A DNA stretch of 64,000 nt from Phoronis australis (lineage: Eukaryota > Animalia > Phoronida), in NCBI GenBank assembly GCA_002633005.1, contig NMRA01000039.1:658839-722838 (forward strand), in the 5' to 3' direction. Below the pieces are notes generated by a model. The model had not been told where the DNA came from and did not search any database. It saw only the letters and a program-made list of their open reading frames with translations. Position 1 is the stretch's first letter. Every line of letters begins with the position of its first letter. This document shows, in pieces, positions 1 through 12,205 of this stretch. The position numbers and the translations under genes were made by a program.

Positions 1-2300
1 GTCAGACAATTTGGATTACGCTCATGCAGAACAAAGTTCTGTTCACTGCCAGTGTTTGTGTTTTGAGCTAGTGAATAAGAGCCCGTTTCATTAAAAATCC
101 TGAGTTCACGTATTAAGTTGGAATAAATTTGTATGTACATAACCAGCCATTCCATAGATTCAGCTCAAAAGTTTTCGGCAACTGTTTCTCTCTCCTGATT
201 TGTCGTCTTAAATATAACTTCGCTGCCATCAGCTGAGCAAGGCATAACCTTCGCTTGCGTACTACTGAGAAACGGGCTCCAGTTAATGCACATAGTTAGT
301 CCATTCGCTTTTACTGGCGTCATTCCGTCAGCATGCAAATCATGACACTATCCAGGGGGTGACACAAAAGACCCAGCAATATTTCACTATAGTATCACAG
401 GTTAGACCAGAACAAATGGCTACGCTTCAGCGAAATTCTTCACTTGTTTTAGGCACAATCCGCTTCGTCTGCAATATTCATACAAACGAACAGATAAAAA
501 AACATTTTGAACATTAACTCTCGAGGCCCTCTGATGAAATGTTTTTAAAAGGTTTAGTTGCAACCAGTCAATTCCTCAACAAAGTTCTGTGAAGTGCTCG
601 TCAAGAAACTTTTAGCCTTGTGCCCTATCATTTGTCAAGCATGGCTAGTGATTTGCAGTTTAACAAAAAAAAAACAAAAAAATAAGTGCATTTCGTAATT
701 GGTCGATATCTGAAGAATCGATTATCCTTGTGTCACCCTCTCCATGAACAACCAATACTTACATCTGGAGACAAACAAGGAAGGAATAAATGTTAACACT
801 AAAAAGAGAAAGGTTTATTCAAAATAATAAACATTCAGCCAAACATGTTTCTGCTGTAAACAAACAGGTGTCATTGTTTCACCACCACCACTTCACTACC
901 ACTTCACCACCCCCCCCCCCCCCNTCTCTACAACCCTCTACTACAGAATAAAAAGTGTAAAAGGATAATTTCGCAACAACATTTAGTCAATTTTTCACTG
1001 CGCAATTTATGCAGTTCTATACATTAATCAAACGGTTTTGTGGAAACTCTAGTGTTCCATTTATTACAGCTCTCAAAAATCCAGAACCACTGTAAGTGAC
1101 AATTACAATGCACATTCTCAACAATGATTATGCATGAAACTCAGTTTCAAGATTATCTGTGCTGCCACAACTACACGATGCAGTTTTGAAATTTCTAAAG
1201 CAGAGCATTAATTACGGCAGCAATGGACTGGTGAAAACTATGCGCTGGCCAAAAAATGAAGGTTTCACACAGCTTTTTCATAATTTAGCTTTCATTTAAT
1301 TGCCAAGGCAATATTTCACAAATTAACAGCATGCATCAATGGGAATAATTAGAACCCCAAATGACATAAATATATATATATGCCCATCTCTTTTCCACCT
1401 GAAGGAAATAACAAAAGAAAAACCGAGTTACCGTGGCAATGCCATGTGCCGTCTGGCATCATCCCTTTGTTCTACTGCGAGATGAGCTCGCTGTATTGAA
1501 ATACAAATATTGATTTTTGACAAATACGGAATAAAGAGAGCTCAAGTAGTCTCCGTCTGATAGGTGTGTGCCAACTAATATCAAAGGAACTGCTAACAAA
1601 TACACAGATGAAGCCGGTTAACATGGTAGATATGGTATGGTGGTTTGTGTACCTGAAGTGGTTACAGCAGACCCAGCAGCCACCACCCAGCATGACCAAA
1701 AATGTGACTTCTACCGTTTTAGGGAAGTTATGAAGGTTACGGAGGAAATTGTGATCAGATCCAGTGTCTCACAGCTGAAAAGGTGACTAAAAAATGAGGA
1801 AACGGGGAATTTTAAAACTGCATTTCGCCAGGTTTAGCCGGCTAAAATTGGAATAAGGCCTTTTACTCTCATAAAATCAGTGTAATATAATTATTTACCA
1901 TGACAGATTTCTATTTCAGATACCAAAAACCACATCGAAACCATCAACAACTTGACAAAACGCTACAGTTAGTTGTGGTTGGCTAGCCCTAAAATTTCAA
2001 ATTCGAAAATGGCTCACGTATGCCAGGTCCAGCGAAATGCAGCATTAAAAATAGCCATGGGAGTTTGGGATTTTAATAACAGTTTTCTTCTCTTGAAACA
2101 TATTTACAATGCCGGTTGTCACTTCCTCGCTTTATTACTATCCCGTGACCCAGTAATTGTAAGTCCGACTGGCATCTGAATGAATTGCACAACCTCCACC
2201 GTTGGTCGAGACAAATCTTTCTGGACTATAAATACCAAGTCATGTGATGTAACCAAGTCCGATTTGCAGAGTATCTAGTCTTTAAGCATGTCACAAAGTA

Positions 2301-2828
2301 CGGTAATTCTCCGCTTATTTCGCACATTCACCTGATTTCGTACATCCAAAATAACATGGAAAAATATTTTCTTAATGGTGAGAATTTTTGCCTCACCTAA
2401 TTGTCACAGTCTTTGTACTTTGAAAAATATCAACACAAAGCCCAGACATTAATCCAAGTAATACACACCTCTTAAACCCAGTTAATAACGTCTGAACACA
2501 AATATAAGATATTCACACCAATATCTCTTGTCATTTTTGTAAGCATGAGATGAAAGGTTTGACTCAAGAGTCATCAAGATTCAAAAGAGTGTTTAACCAA
2601 TTGTGGGGTAAAGTACTTTATCACTGGAACAGGATACAACAACTTAATTACTGTTAATTACATCACGCTGGCAACCTGTAGGTCGCAGATCTCTCAGTTC
2701 ACACATGGGCAGTTGGCGATGTTTGATAACTCAGCTTATTTTGCACACTCTAAACAAGAAAATCCTTCTTTTTAACTATCAGGAAAATATATTTAGATTA
2801 TTTTTGAACAAAAAATGGAGAATTACCG
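2301..2828. mobile_element. Old MITE, Tc1/mariner-like
   Basis: Perfect inverted ends CGGTAATTCTCC / GGAGAATTACCG; TA on the left flank only. Confidence 0.5.
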
Positions 2829-4101
2829 TTTTCTGTTGCACAGTGAATCGAAGTGAAGACATAAAACCAAAGGGTTGAATTAGGAGTGATAAACCATTCT
2901 TCACTAGTCTGTCTCTGCTAAAAATTTTTTTAGCAACTCTACAATTTGAAAAGACAAGTCAATCAAAAAAGATGTTTTTTATCTTCTGCAACCGAGGAGC
3001 ATCGATTTCGGGATGTGGGAATTTAACCCTGACTAGATAAACTGAGCTTAGTCTACTTATTCACTTATTCCTACTCCACCTATTTATTTTTGTATAGGAG
3101 ACCTTCTTATTAGCTGTCGGAATCATTTAGAAGGCATCTTAATTTTAATCGCAATTACTTAATCATTGTATTATGTCTTAATGTAAATAAAAGGGTTACT
3201 CTCTCTCCCTCTGTAACAGTTGGCGCAAAATGAACCATGGGTGAGGTGACCCCAATTCTTCCTAGGAAATTTACCAGAAGTGTCAATAATAATCTTTTCC
3301 TTCTTCGCAAGACTCAAAAATGCTTCTACCTTGAGTACGGAGCAAGTTGAGATCAGTGAGATAATGGTAAAGTGAGACTTTAAACACTATGCAGCGCCAC
3401 CTTTGGTTCCTTTGGGATGGAATCCTTTATTTTCAATTTGGTGAATTAGCAATTCTAATTACAGCTCAAACAACTACAGACCTAATGGAGTTCATTGATT
3501 GTTATAACGGAAAGAGTCGCCACTGCTAATTCGACTTATTCCACTTTGAAGTTTGCAGTAGCAACTTGACCTAATTTAAACCCCAGCATTGTATGACAGA
3601 AGCGTCTGTAAGAGATGGAACAAGTGATGGTGAAATCAATGACAGTTGCTTGCTATGAGTTGCATCTGTAAATGAACAAAAACACTATAGCAATGAATAG
3701 TACTCAAAATGATAAGTGTCAAAAAACCAAGGTAGCCCACAGCATTTGCCAGGAAAAGCTTACCATATCCGCTCAAGTAACACCCGAGAAATTTAAACTG
3801 AGAGAAATATCTTTGCAGAAGGGGCGGTGTTCACAGACTTAAAATTTGAGGATGTGCATTTAAATTGCCGAACATAGGGAATTAATCAAAGGTGGGTGTT
3901 AACTCGATAACGGATACAGTAATGACTCAATAATAGTTCACACAAGATAACACTTGCTACACAAATTTCAATCAAGTACAAAGCAAATTGTTCGCAACAT
4001 ATTTCCACGCCTTACTGAAAAAGATATATTTCTACACACAATAGAGATCAAGGGTAAGATGTCCACTACTAAGTCTGATTGGATTTCTGTGTTTTACCAG
4101 T

Positions 4102-4176
4102 GGTCCCGATGACTCAGTGGCTAGAGTGTCTGCACGCTTAGAGGAAGGTCCTGAGTTCGAGTCCCGGTTGGGAGCA
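4102..4176 (+). mobile_element. tRNA-derived SINE head or tRNA pseudogene
   Basis: A-box-like TGACTCAGTGG and B-box GAGTTCGAGTCC at tRNA spacing; acceptor and anticodon stems imperfect. Confidence 0.65.
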
Positions 4177-5581
4177 GAAATCTTTTCAGAATTATATTCA
4201 TTAGGTCACATGATGAGCCCAAAAAGATGGCATGTTGACGGGACAAATAGTTCGCAAAGCACAAGGCAGTCAATAATGCCAAAATTACTACACACAAAAT
4301 TGCCAGTGCTTCAAGCTGATGACACGTCACATAAGATTCACAATAAGTGTAACAGCAATTTAATGGCTGGTAGTACAGATCAGCCAATGGCAGATCTGGA
4401 AGTCACAATGGTGGAATCCAGACAACAATTTGCGAAGCATAAATTTTCGTGACAGCCCTAAAAATGACGCGATGCAGTTTTATTTTGGTCTTGGTCATAA
4501 CAGGCTAGGGCCCTGTTGCCATCTCCCCTAAATGCGCCATACCAAACCAATGTCAGCCAAGCGACATGATTGCCCAAAGATCGCCATTGCGGTTTATTGC
4601 ACGAAACATCAGGGATTCAGAAAACTCCATAATGTAAATATACCATGACTAAATTCACGTAAACCCATCCAATCCCACAGCAGTAACCAAAAGCTAATAG
4701 GTTTCACAGTGGCCATTGTCTCGGGATATGGCAAGAAATTTTCCGTAACACAACTGATGAAACTCCACGGTACCTGTTGTCTATACGGGTTCCAAGACGA
4801 CTAACACTATGTATTGCAAGTTAGTAATATTAAGACAAGTGCTACCATGTGACCTGATCAAAGTCTAAATTACTAGTTACTGTTCTGTTTCCTTTGAACT
4901 TCTCCTACAAGCAATGCCATGCTGTTACCATGGTAACAAAGATAACAAGGCAAAGGTATTAAGACCTCAGAAAATGACAGGTGAAGTAACTGCACTAGCC
5001 TGCAGTGGACTGTCATAAAAATATGTCCCAGCCAAGGTGACGAACCCAGTAATATTGAGACTGTAAAATTGTTATCCCCCATTGACCCGATAAGCAGGCA
5101 GCATATCTAAACTAAACCCACCAATGTACAAGCAGAATCTCGCAAGAATATTTTTTTATTCTGAATAGGGAAACAGGCATTTAACAAAATGCATGTCAGA
5201 ATGAAAGAATAAAGGAACGCACCCTGTCGATGACAATTTATAGCTGAAAACTTAAAGACAGTTATTAATTGTGAAATTAAATTCAACAAGTTTTTCAGAT
5301 TTGACTTGACAGTCACCAGTTTCCTTTTTCTTTTCAAGTATCACTATTGGGAATTTAATGACATCCGGGCTACATTTTAGTGAAAAGAGTTTACTGCAGT
5401 GGAATATCCTCGGGCTTCTTTCGAAAGGTGACTTCCATGACTTCCAAAAAGGCTGTTCAGGTTAGGAATAGTGTCTCTAAGAAAAACTACTAGTTACATT
5501 TGGGTACTGCAAGGTAGACAATAACATATGGGACACCTCGGTTAGTTTTGTAGCCTCGTGAACGTTATCTGTGCATGTACG

Positions 5582-5652
5582 AACTTTCAACCTCATGTAG
5601 GTCCTCAACTTTCAACCTCATGAAGGTCCTCAACTTTCAACCATAGGTCCTC
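5582..5652. repeat. 25-bp tandem repeat, ~3 copies
   Basis: Unit aactttcaacctcatgwaggtcctc. Confidence 0.85.
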
Positions 5653-7080
5653 CACATTCACAAGCTTGAAAGTCACACGAATTGCCAAAAGGCTGAAGTG
5701 CCCAAACACGCAGATAACATTCACCTCCAACGGGAAATTTGAGGCCACGAAAACAAATGAGGTGTTCCAGATGGGAAAACAGTATACACGATTCTACAAT
5801 AAAAACATAATCCAATTGCAAGGGTGCTTATGAACTATGTCAACTTGGCCAAGTCAAAATCCATCAATCAGAATTGCCTTAAGGTAAGCGTACACCTTAC
5901 CAGAGCTAAACTTATGATCCATCACAAACATCAGAGCATATCAAACATATGCACACTCTTACACGATAATGCATGCATTCACGCACGTACGCACACACAC
6001 ATAAACAAAGGTGTTGACAGAACATTTGCAATAATAACTCCTTATATTTTCCTATGAGCTGAATTACTGTTATCTTGTATACTTTATACTACTAAATGCC
6101 AATCGTGTCTCATGGGGTGATCTTGCATTCATGAATAGTGGCATCACAAAGACAAACAACTGTGCCATTCACTCATCGTGTTGTTTTTAGTGACAGGTAT
6201 TGTAAACATTCGGGTTATCGCCCAAGATCACATATGCACCCACCCCACACTTACGAAAAATTCCGAAATACGTGCCTGCTAGTCAGTTAAGTGTAAAAAT
6301 CTACGATGTTTTCAATTTTAAACTAGAGTCAAATCCCGGACTTGTTTACCTCAGAAGCCAAAGTGACAAGTACTCTTATGCATGTTGGGATCACATGACA
6401 TTTTGAGGCTGACCTATTTTTTCCATATATGGGATGTATTCAGTGTCAAGGAAGCAAGCTCAAATCTCTCGATAATACCATAGTATTCTGCACAAAGACA
6501 AAAGCATTTCAAGGCTTTATGTTTCACGCAAAACTAATTACTCACTGCGAAATCAACTTACGACACAAGATTTTACGAAATGTAATAACGGAATTCAAAA
6601 CTTCTAATGGTACTCTGTTAACAGAATCAAGGGGTGCATTTGACAAAACATTAAGGAAATGAACATGTCAATTGGCTGAGAACCCTGGCAACACAAATGA
6701 ACATGTCAATAGGTCGAGAGCCTTGGCAACACAAAAGTTTGGTTCCCATTATATCGATGCTTCAAATGACACCACACAGGCAAATTGCTATTGGCTCGTT
6801 ACGCAATTTCTGAATCTCCCTCCAACAGGGGGATTAAAGCCATTAGCCTTCTTACTAATGCAGCCTAATGACAATTCTGATGTTCCGGTTTTGTGGGGAA
6901 ACCCCGAAGACTCCCAGAAGGCTAAGAGATGTGACCTTGTAATGGTGGCAAATAGTAGGCCTGGTATAAAACGTTTTTACAGATGACACGTTTTTACAAG
7001 GATAAGGTTCTATGATGGTAATTACGTGGTAATTTTCACAAAGAGCTGAGTCGCCATTGAATGTATTCTTGTTGCTATTT

Positions 7081-7181
7081 GCATAAAAACTTGTGTTATT
7101 AGCATAACAACCTGTGTTATTAGCATAACAACTTGTGCTATTAGCATAACAACTTGTGTTATTAGCATAACAACTTGTGTT
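7081..7181. repeat. 21-bp tandem repeat, ~4.5 copies
   Basis: Unit gcataacaacttgtgttatta; produces the spurious TSCYANN repeat ORF. Confidence 0.9.
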
Positions 7182-7267
7182 TGTCATTTGCAACATTATC
7201 AACTTCTCTGACATAAAATAAGGACAAATTGATTATTTCTTATTTCCCTGTCCAGAAAAGTATTAGT

Positions 7268-8070
7268 ACCTTGACAGTTTCGGCTCTTCTCAGCAGTCAT
7301 CTTCCAAAGCTATTGGACACTAGGTGGCGTGGTGACGAGACTGTTCCAAATTTTAGATAACTAATACCCCACATCTCCCTGTTCATAACTGAGCAACTTT
7401 TTCTGACCCAGATAGACTCTCTTATCCCGTCTAGATCTTAAAGTGTACACAACATGACTCTAGTACCTCAAAATAAATTTTATTATTATATCTTACATGA
7501 TTTCAGTGCCTTTAGTGCACAGCTCATAAAGAAGCACACAAAAATTGAAAAAAAAAATAATTATGTACAACGTCATGGGTTGAACCCAAGTCGTTCGCCA
7601 TACTATTCGGATCAGAGACAAAGTGTATAGAGTGAAGAGAAAGCAAAGTACATTTAGCGTCTAGAAGGTTCGTAGAGGGATCAAAAGATGTGTTTCCGGA
7701 GGCTTCAGCAACAGCAGCCAGGCGGAGAACNAGCAGTCATCTTCCAAAGCTATTGGACACTAGGTGGCGTGGTGACGAGACTGTTCCAAATTTTAGATAA
7801 CTAATACCCCACATCTCCCTGTTCATAACTGAGCAACTTTTTCTGACCCAGATAGACTCTCTTATCCCGTCTAGATCTTAAATTATTTTCCCAGTTAATT
7901 ACATGATTAAAGCCAAGAGCATGACTAGTCACTGCAGTTAATAGTACTTTGTGACAATATCCTCTCTGAATGTGTGACCCTACACTGAGATAGGTCATCC
8001 ACCTCCTTTCTGTGTTTGCTAAGTTTGACTGAAAACTCTATTACTTTGTGATAAAATGAGGACACTGACA
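7268..8070 (-). mobile_element. Penelope-like element 3' relic (GIY-YIG endonuclease C-terminus plus terminal motif), partly duplicated
   Basis: Minus-strand fragments FSVKLSKHRKEVDDLS, AVTSHALGFNHVINWEN, GIRESIWVRKSCSVMNR and DVGY*LSKIWNSL follow the PLE endonuclease pattern, followed by a GAAGATG...CGAAAC motif. Confidence 0.75.
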
Positions 8071-10525
8071 TTTCTTATCACACTTAGGGTCAGCATTACA
8101 AAATTAGGAGGTTGCTATGTACTCAAGAGTTCACTCAAACTCAGGTAACCATTTGGTCTTTAGGTTCTGAAGTGAAGTTGAGGAACCCCCGCAGAATATA
8201 CTGTAATCGTGGGAAGTAGATAATCGAAAAACAGAATTATAAGAAAATCTTTAAGACTGCAACAATGTTGTTGACCATGCAGTTGAGGCAATTCATTCAA
8301 ATGCAGAACTACTATAGGCATTCAATAGTTCATTGGAAATGTGCCGTCTGTTGATTAAATAAAGACCGCTAACATCTTGCGCAAATATTTAACTGATCAC
8401 AAATTACAGAAATCAGTCAATATTGATAGGAATTGCTAGCTTAAGCTCACAAGCATACGCACACGTGACGGTTTCTAATTGCCAATTAGTATCTAAATAA
8501 TGGACATAATGTCATAGCCTTTTATTGACTTTTCCAAACCATTCAACAGCACGTGCCACAGACATTACCAAGCACACAAAGTACTAAGTGGAAAGTCTGA
8601 GAATGCAAGTTCTAAATATAATAAACAACTGTTTATGAGATTTTCTTGAAACAAAAACCAGACTACCAATACCACGAGGGCCTTTTGTAATGCCAAAGAA
8701 AAGGAAAAGAGTAACTCGGTTCTAATCCCATGGACCCTTAAAATTCAGGTTTTTACTCCTACTAATGCATCAGACTTACTCGAGCAATACTCAAGAAGTG
8801 GTGACCACCACATTTTATTTGAGTCCCTTCAAGACTTAATCATACTTGAGAACTATTCTCAAGCCGACATTAAAGTCATTGGTGTAATAAAACAAGAAAG
8901 TAAATTTTGAGCCCATTCTGAAACCTAGCGCCATCTACAGTCTAGTCCACTGAATCTGATTCAGAACTTTTTCAGTAAAGGAATGTGAAGATCATTGTTG
9001 TTTGCTAGCTTTCAAATAAAAAAGTGCTGGATACATACTTTGTAAATAAAATTTTACAGTCTTGGAATATGCGAGTGATTTTCCCACAGTGCTTAAGATT
9101 TTACTCAAGAATTATTGGCGACCACACTTTCTTGAGTACTACTTGAAGTATTTACAATAACTCAAGACTTCAAGTACTTTTGGTTGAGTACGAGTCGGTG
9201 GTTTCCAAAACTCGAGAAGTTACACAGTCTAAGAAACTTCTTTGAGTAATTTAAGGGACTGAATAAAGTTTGGTGATCGCGGTGATGGGGTATTTTTAGT
9301 TCTCCAGATTTACAAAAAGAAAATTTCCCCTAATGGCACTAACATGAATTGGGACTGGATCCTTCTTACTTACCCAGGGTCACCTGATGCCAACTGTAAG
9401 GGACAAGTTTTGAAATTAGTCTGTCACAGATCAGGATCAATTATGTTATTTTTTGTCCTAATAGAAAGAACACCGAACAGCTTTTCTCCCTCTCCGCAGC
9501 GTCAACAGGTCAATTTGGAGGTCAAACTTAAACTGAAATATTAAACAACTTTAGGGTGCAGAATTCAATTGCGGAGTAACCGTGCAAACTCATTTTATCA
9601 AAAAATTGCAAAGGCGTCCACTCAATAAATAACTAATATCTTTCTACAAAATATTACCAAAATATTGTTTTCCTCAGTGGCATTTAAAAACGGTATTATG
9701 TATATGGCCCACACACATAAGTAGCAGGCAAAACTAAGCCAGTGGGCAGTTTCACTAAAATGTCATAACTCACATTGGTGTCTTTTTACACAGTCTCATC
9801 GGAGACTATACAGTCTAAAGTTTTGGCGTCAGTTTCCACTTAACCTCTGTGTAAAAAAAAGGTGCGAAGGAAAAAACAAAAAGAAATAAAACAAATAACA
9901 GGACGGTATCGGTTATAAATCCGAAAAATGCATTTTGGAGCTTAGTGTTGGATGGGATAGGCCTCTTGAAGTTATTAGCTTTGACCAGACCTGAGTTGAA
10001 AATTAACAAAATGTGTTGTTTTCATGGTTTTATTACAAATCGCGAGTTCTCGCCGTTGTCAGCCAGACATTCGCTGAACTCAAGGCAGGTAACTTTACAG
10101 GTTAGAGAGGCTTACTTTTTCTGTCATTTACAGACCGAAGTATACCTTCGCCAGCACAACATTTGACTGCGACTACAGGGTTTGCAAGTACGATTCTGTG
10201 CAGAGGCTGATCTCAGAGAATAACATTTCTCACCAATAATGTTATTTCAAGACAACAATAACCCCCACCAAGTATTTCCTGTTTGATGCATTACTGTTCA
10301 GATATAAGATAAGCTATGCCATACAGTCATACATATTCATCCTCTAACCCCTATATATCACTATCATTCACCATCCATTCACCATTCAATTACCAACAGA
10401 CAGCAGGCACGACCTCACTCTTGGCGGTATACACCCACACAACTCTGCAACAATCCAAAACGCATTTATTGACTTTTTCCCTGCTGCAAGCCACTATTGT
10501 GAAATCTCGCCATTTTTAACATATC

Positions 10526-11265
10526 GCACAGGACAAAAGATTTTTTAAAATACAAGTAGCGTATGTAGGACCTTATCAAAATACAAGTAGCGCATGTAGG
10601 ACCTTATCAAAATACAAGTAGCGTATGTAGGACCTTATCAAAATACAAGTAGCGTATGTAGGACCTTATCAAAATACAAGTAGCGTATGTAGGACCTTAT
10701 TAAAATACAAGTAGCGTATGTAGGACCTTATCAACAAGTGTGTTTATCCAGATGTCCACAAAACTATGAATATTAACTCAATGAAAGTACGCATGTTCAG
10801 AAAGTAAGAAAGCCTGAAGAATTCGACTTCTGACTTTTTGGTCAATCTGCCACTGATCAGGTCACGTGATCATTTCTTTTTGGTAAATTTTAGCAAAAAC
10901 TGACAGATACATTGCTAGCAAATTAATGGTATCTATAACATGATCAAATGTTCAAGATCAAAATGCTGTTACACTTTCTAAAATAACATTTTGGTATCGG
11001 TTTATGTAATTTTAGATTTTTTTCATGAAAATCATAATAATCCTATTTTTGATTGCTCCTCATGCAAAAGTAGAGCATTTTGGAGACAATCTAATTCATA
11101 ACAACATTTTGAAGCATAGCATTTAAAGCACAGTATCTGAAATTGTCATATAAATTCAATCACCCACTTTGGAGATACCGTATGTCGTTTTTGAAGTTAG
11201 TCAAATTTGGACATTTTTCTAAGGTCCTACATAACTTACTGTTTTACAATTTTCAGGTTCTGTGC
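10526..11265. mobile_element. Degenerate TIR element of a locally dispersed family
   Basis: Left gcacagga...tatgtaggacctt is the inverse of right aaggtcctacata...ctgtgc. Related fragments near 25700-25850, 37500-37850, 44920-44990 and 58670-58700. Confidence 0.5.
10547..10732. repeat. 31-bp minisatellite, 6 copies
   Basis: Unit aaaatacaagtagcgtatgtaggaccttatc, head-to-tail, no spacers. Confidence 0.95.
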
Positions 11266-12070
11266 TAAAGGTGCCATCATGAAATAATCTGCAACATACG
11301 GGAGGCATACACAATACTATTAGAAGCCGCTGAAATAATAAAAACAGACATCGTACGGTCACGTTTGTTCAAAATTGGTGAAATTTACCCTACGTACTCT
11401 GCAAAACAGCAATCACTTCAGTTTTTCATAACAGTACATATATAGTACAACAAAAATCAACCATGAGTGTCAATTAGTCAATTAAGTGTCACAAACAGGA
11501 AATTTGAAAGAAATTCTCGAACCTAAAATCAAGTCAAGATTTATGCAAATTTTGTGCGGCTTTCCCTCAACACAACCTTCAGAGTTCCTAGCCATGTCGT
11601 CAAGTAGTCTTCCTTCACAATTCAATTTTAGTTTCTTCATCTTCAAAGTATAATGTCAATATTAAAAAGACAGAAAGAAATGGTCTTGAAAACCCAACAC
11701 GTGATGCTGGGACACCACGCAGAGCCTGGAAGTACGGCAGAATCCAAATTATTGTGTATCACGGAAGTATCTACTTGTGACCATTGCTGCATTCCGTAAA
11801 TTTAGTATTTATGACACAAGTTTCATTCCATTTGTAATTACTATTAACACAATACAATATTGTTATCTATTTCCTCATTGAATAATCTTGAAAACCAGCG
11901 TTAATTCAATGAACAGGTTAACCAAAATAAATATTTTTGAAAAATAACGACAACAATAATAGTACTAATAATGATAACAACAACAATCATAAAAATCACA
12001 AAGCAAATTTCAGTGTTTAATTGATAGTACCACCATTATATAGGATACAGCGTTAATGCTTAATACCTAC

Positions 12071-12205
12071 CATCTGGCGACCCCTCCGTGTCAAACGGGA
12101 GTTGGCGATCTTTGGTGATATCTTTGTGCGAGGCGAGAAATAACACCACTTCGCCCTTCTCATTCTTTATGGGAACTATGTCTAGTAAGCACCAAAAGCT
12201 CGTCC
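12071..12205 (-). CDS. elk: Next coding exon (probably exon 3) of the Elk/KCNH channel, PAC motif
   Basis: Translates as [45 protein letters not shown], an Elk-type PAC. Acceptor ttttacag| and donor G|gtaggt; 135 bp; splices in frame with the 14670-14900 exon (G+GG=Gly). Confidence 0.95.

Noticed and set aside
4102-4176. Functional tRNA gene
   Set aside because: A and B boxes are present but the acceptor and anticodon stems do not pair properly; treated as a SINE head.
6855-7214. ORF with TSCYANN repeats
   Set aside because: Translation of a 21-bp DNA tandem repeat; no other coding evidence.
10547-10732. CRISPR-like appearance of the 31-bp repeats (also 22053-22217, 26680-26868, 63064-63224)
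   Set aside because: Units are head-to-tail with no unique spacers, there are no cas genes, and the context is eukaryotic.
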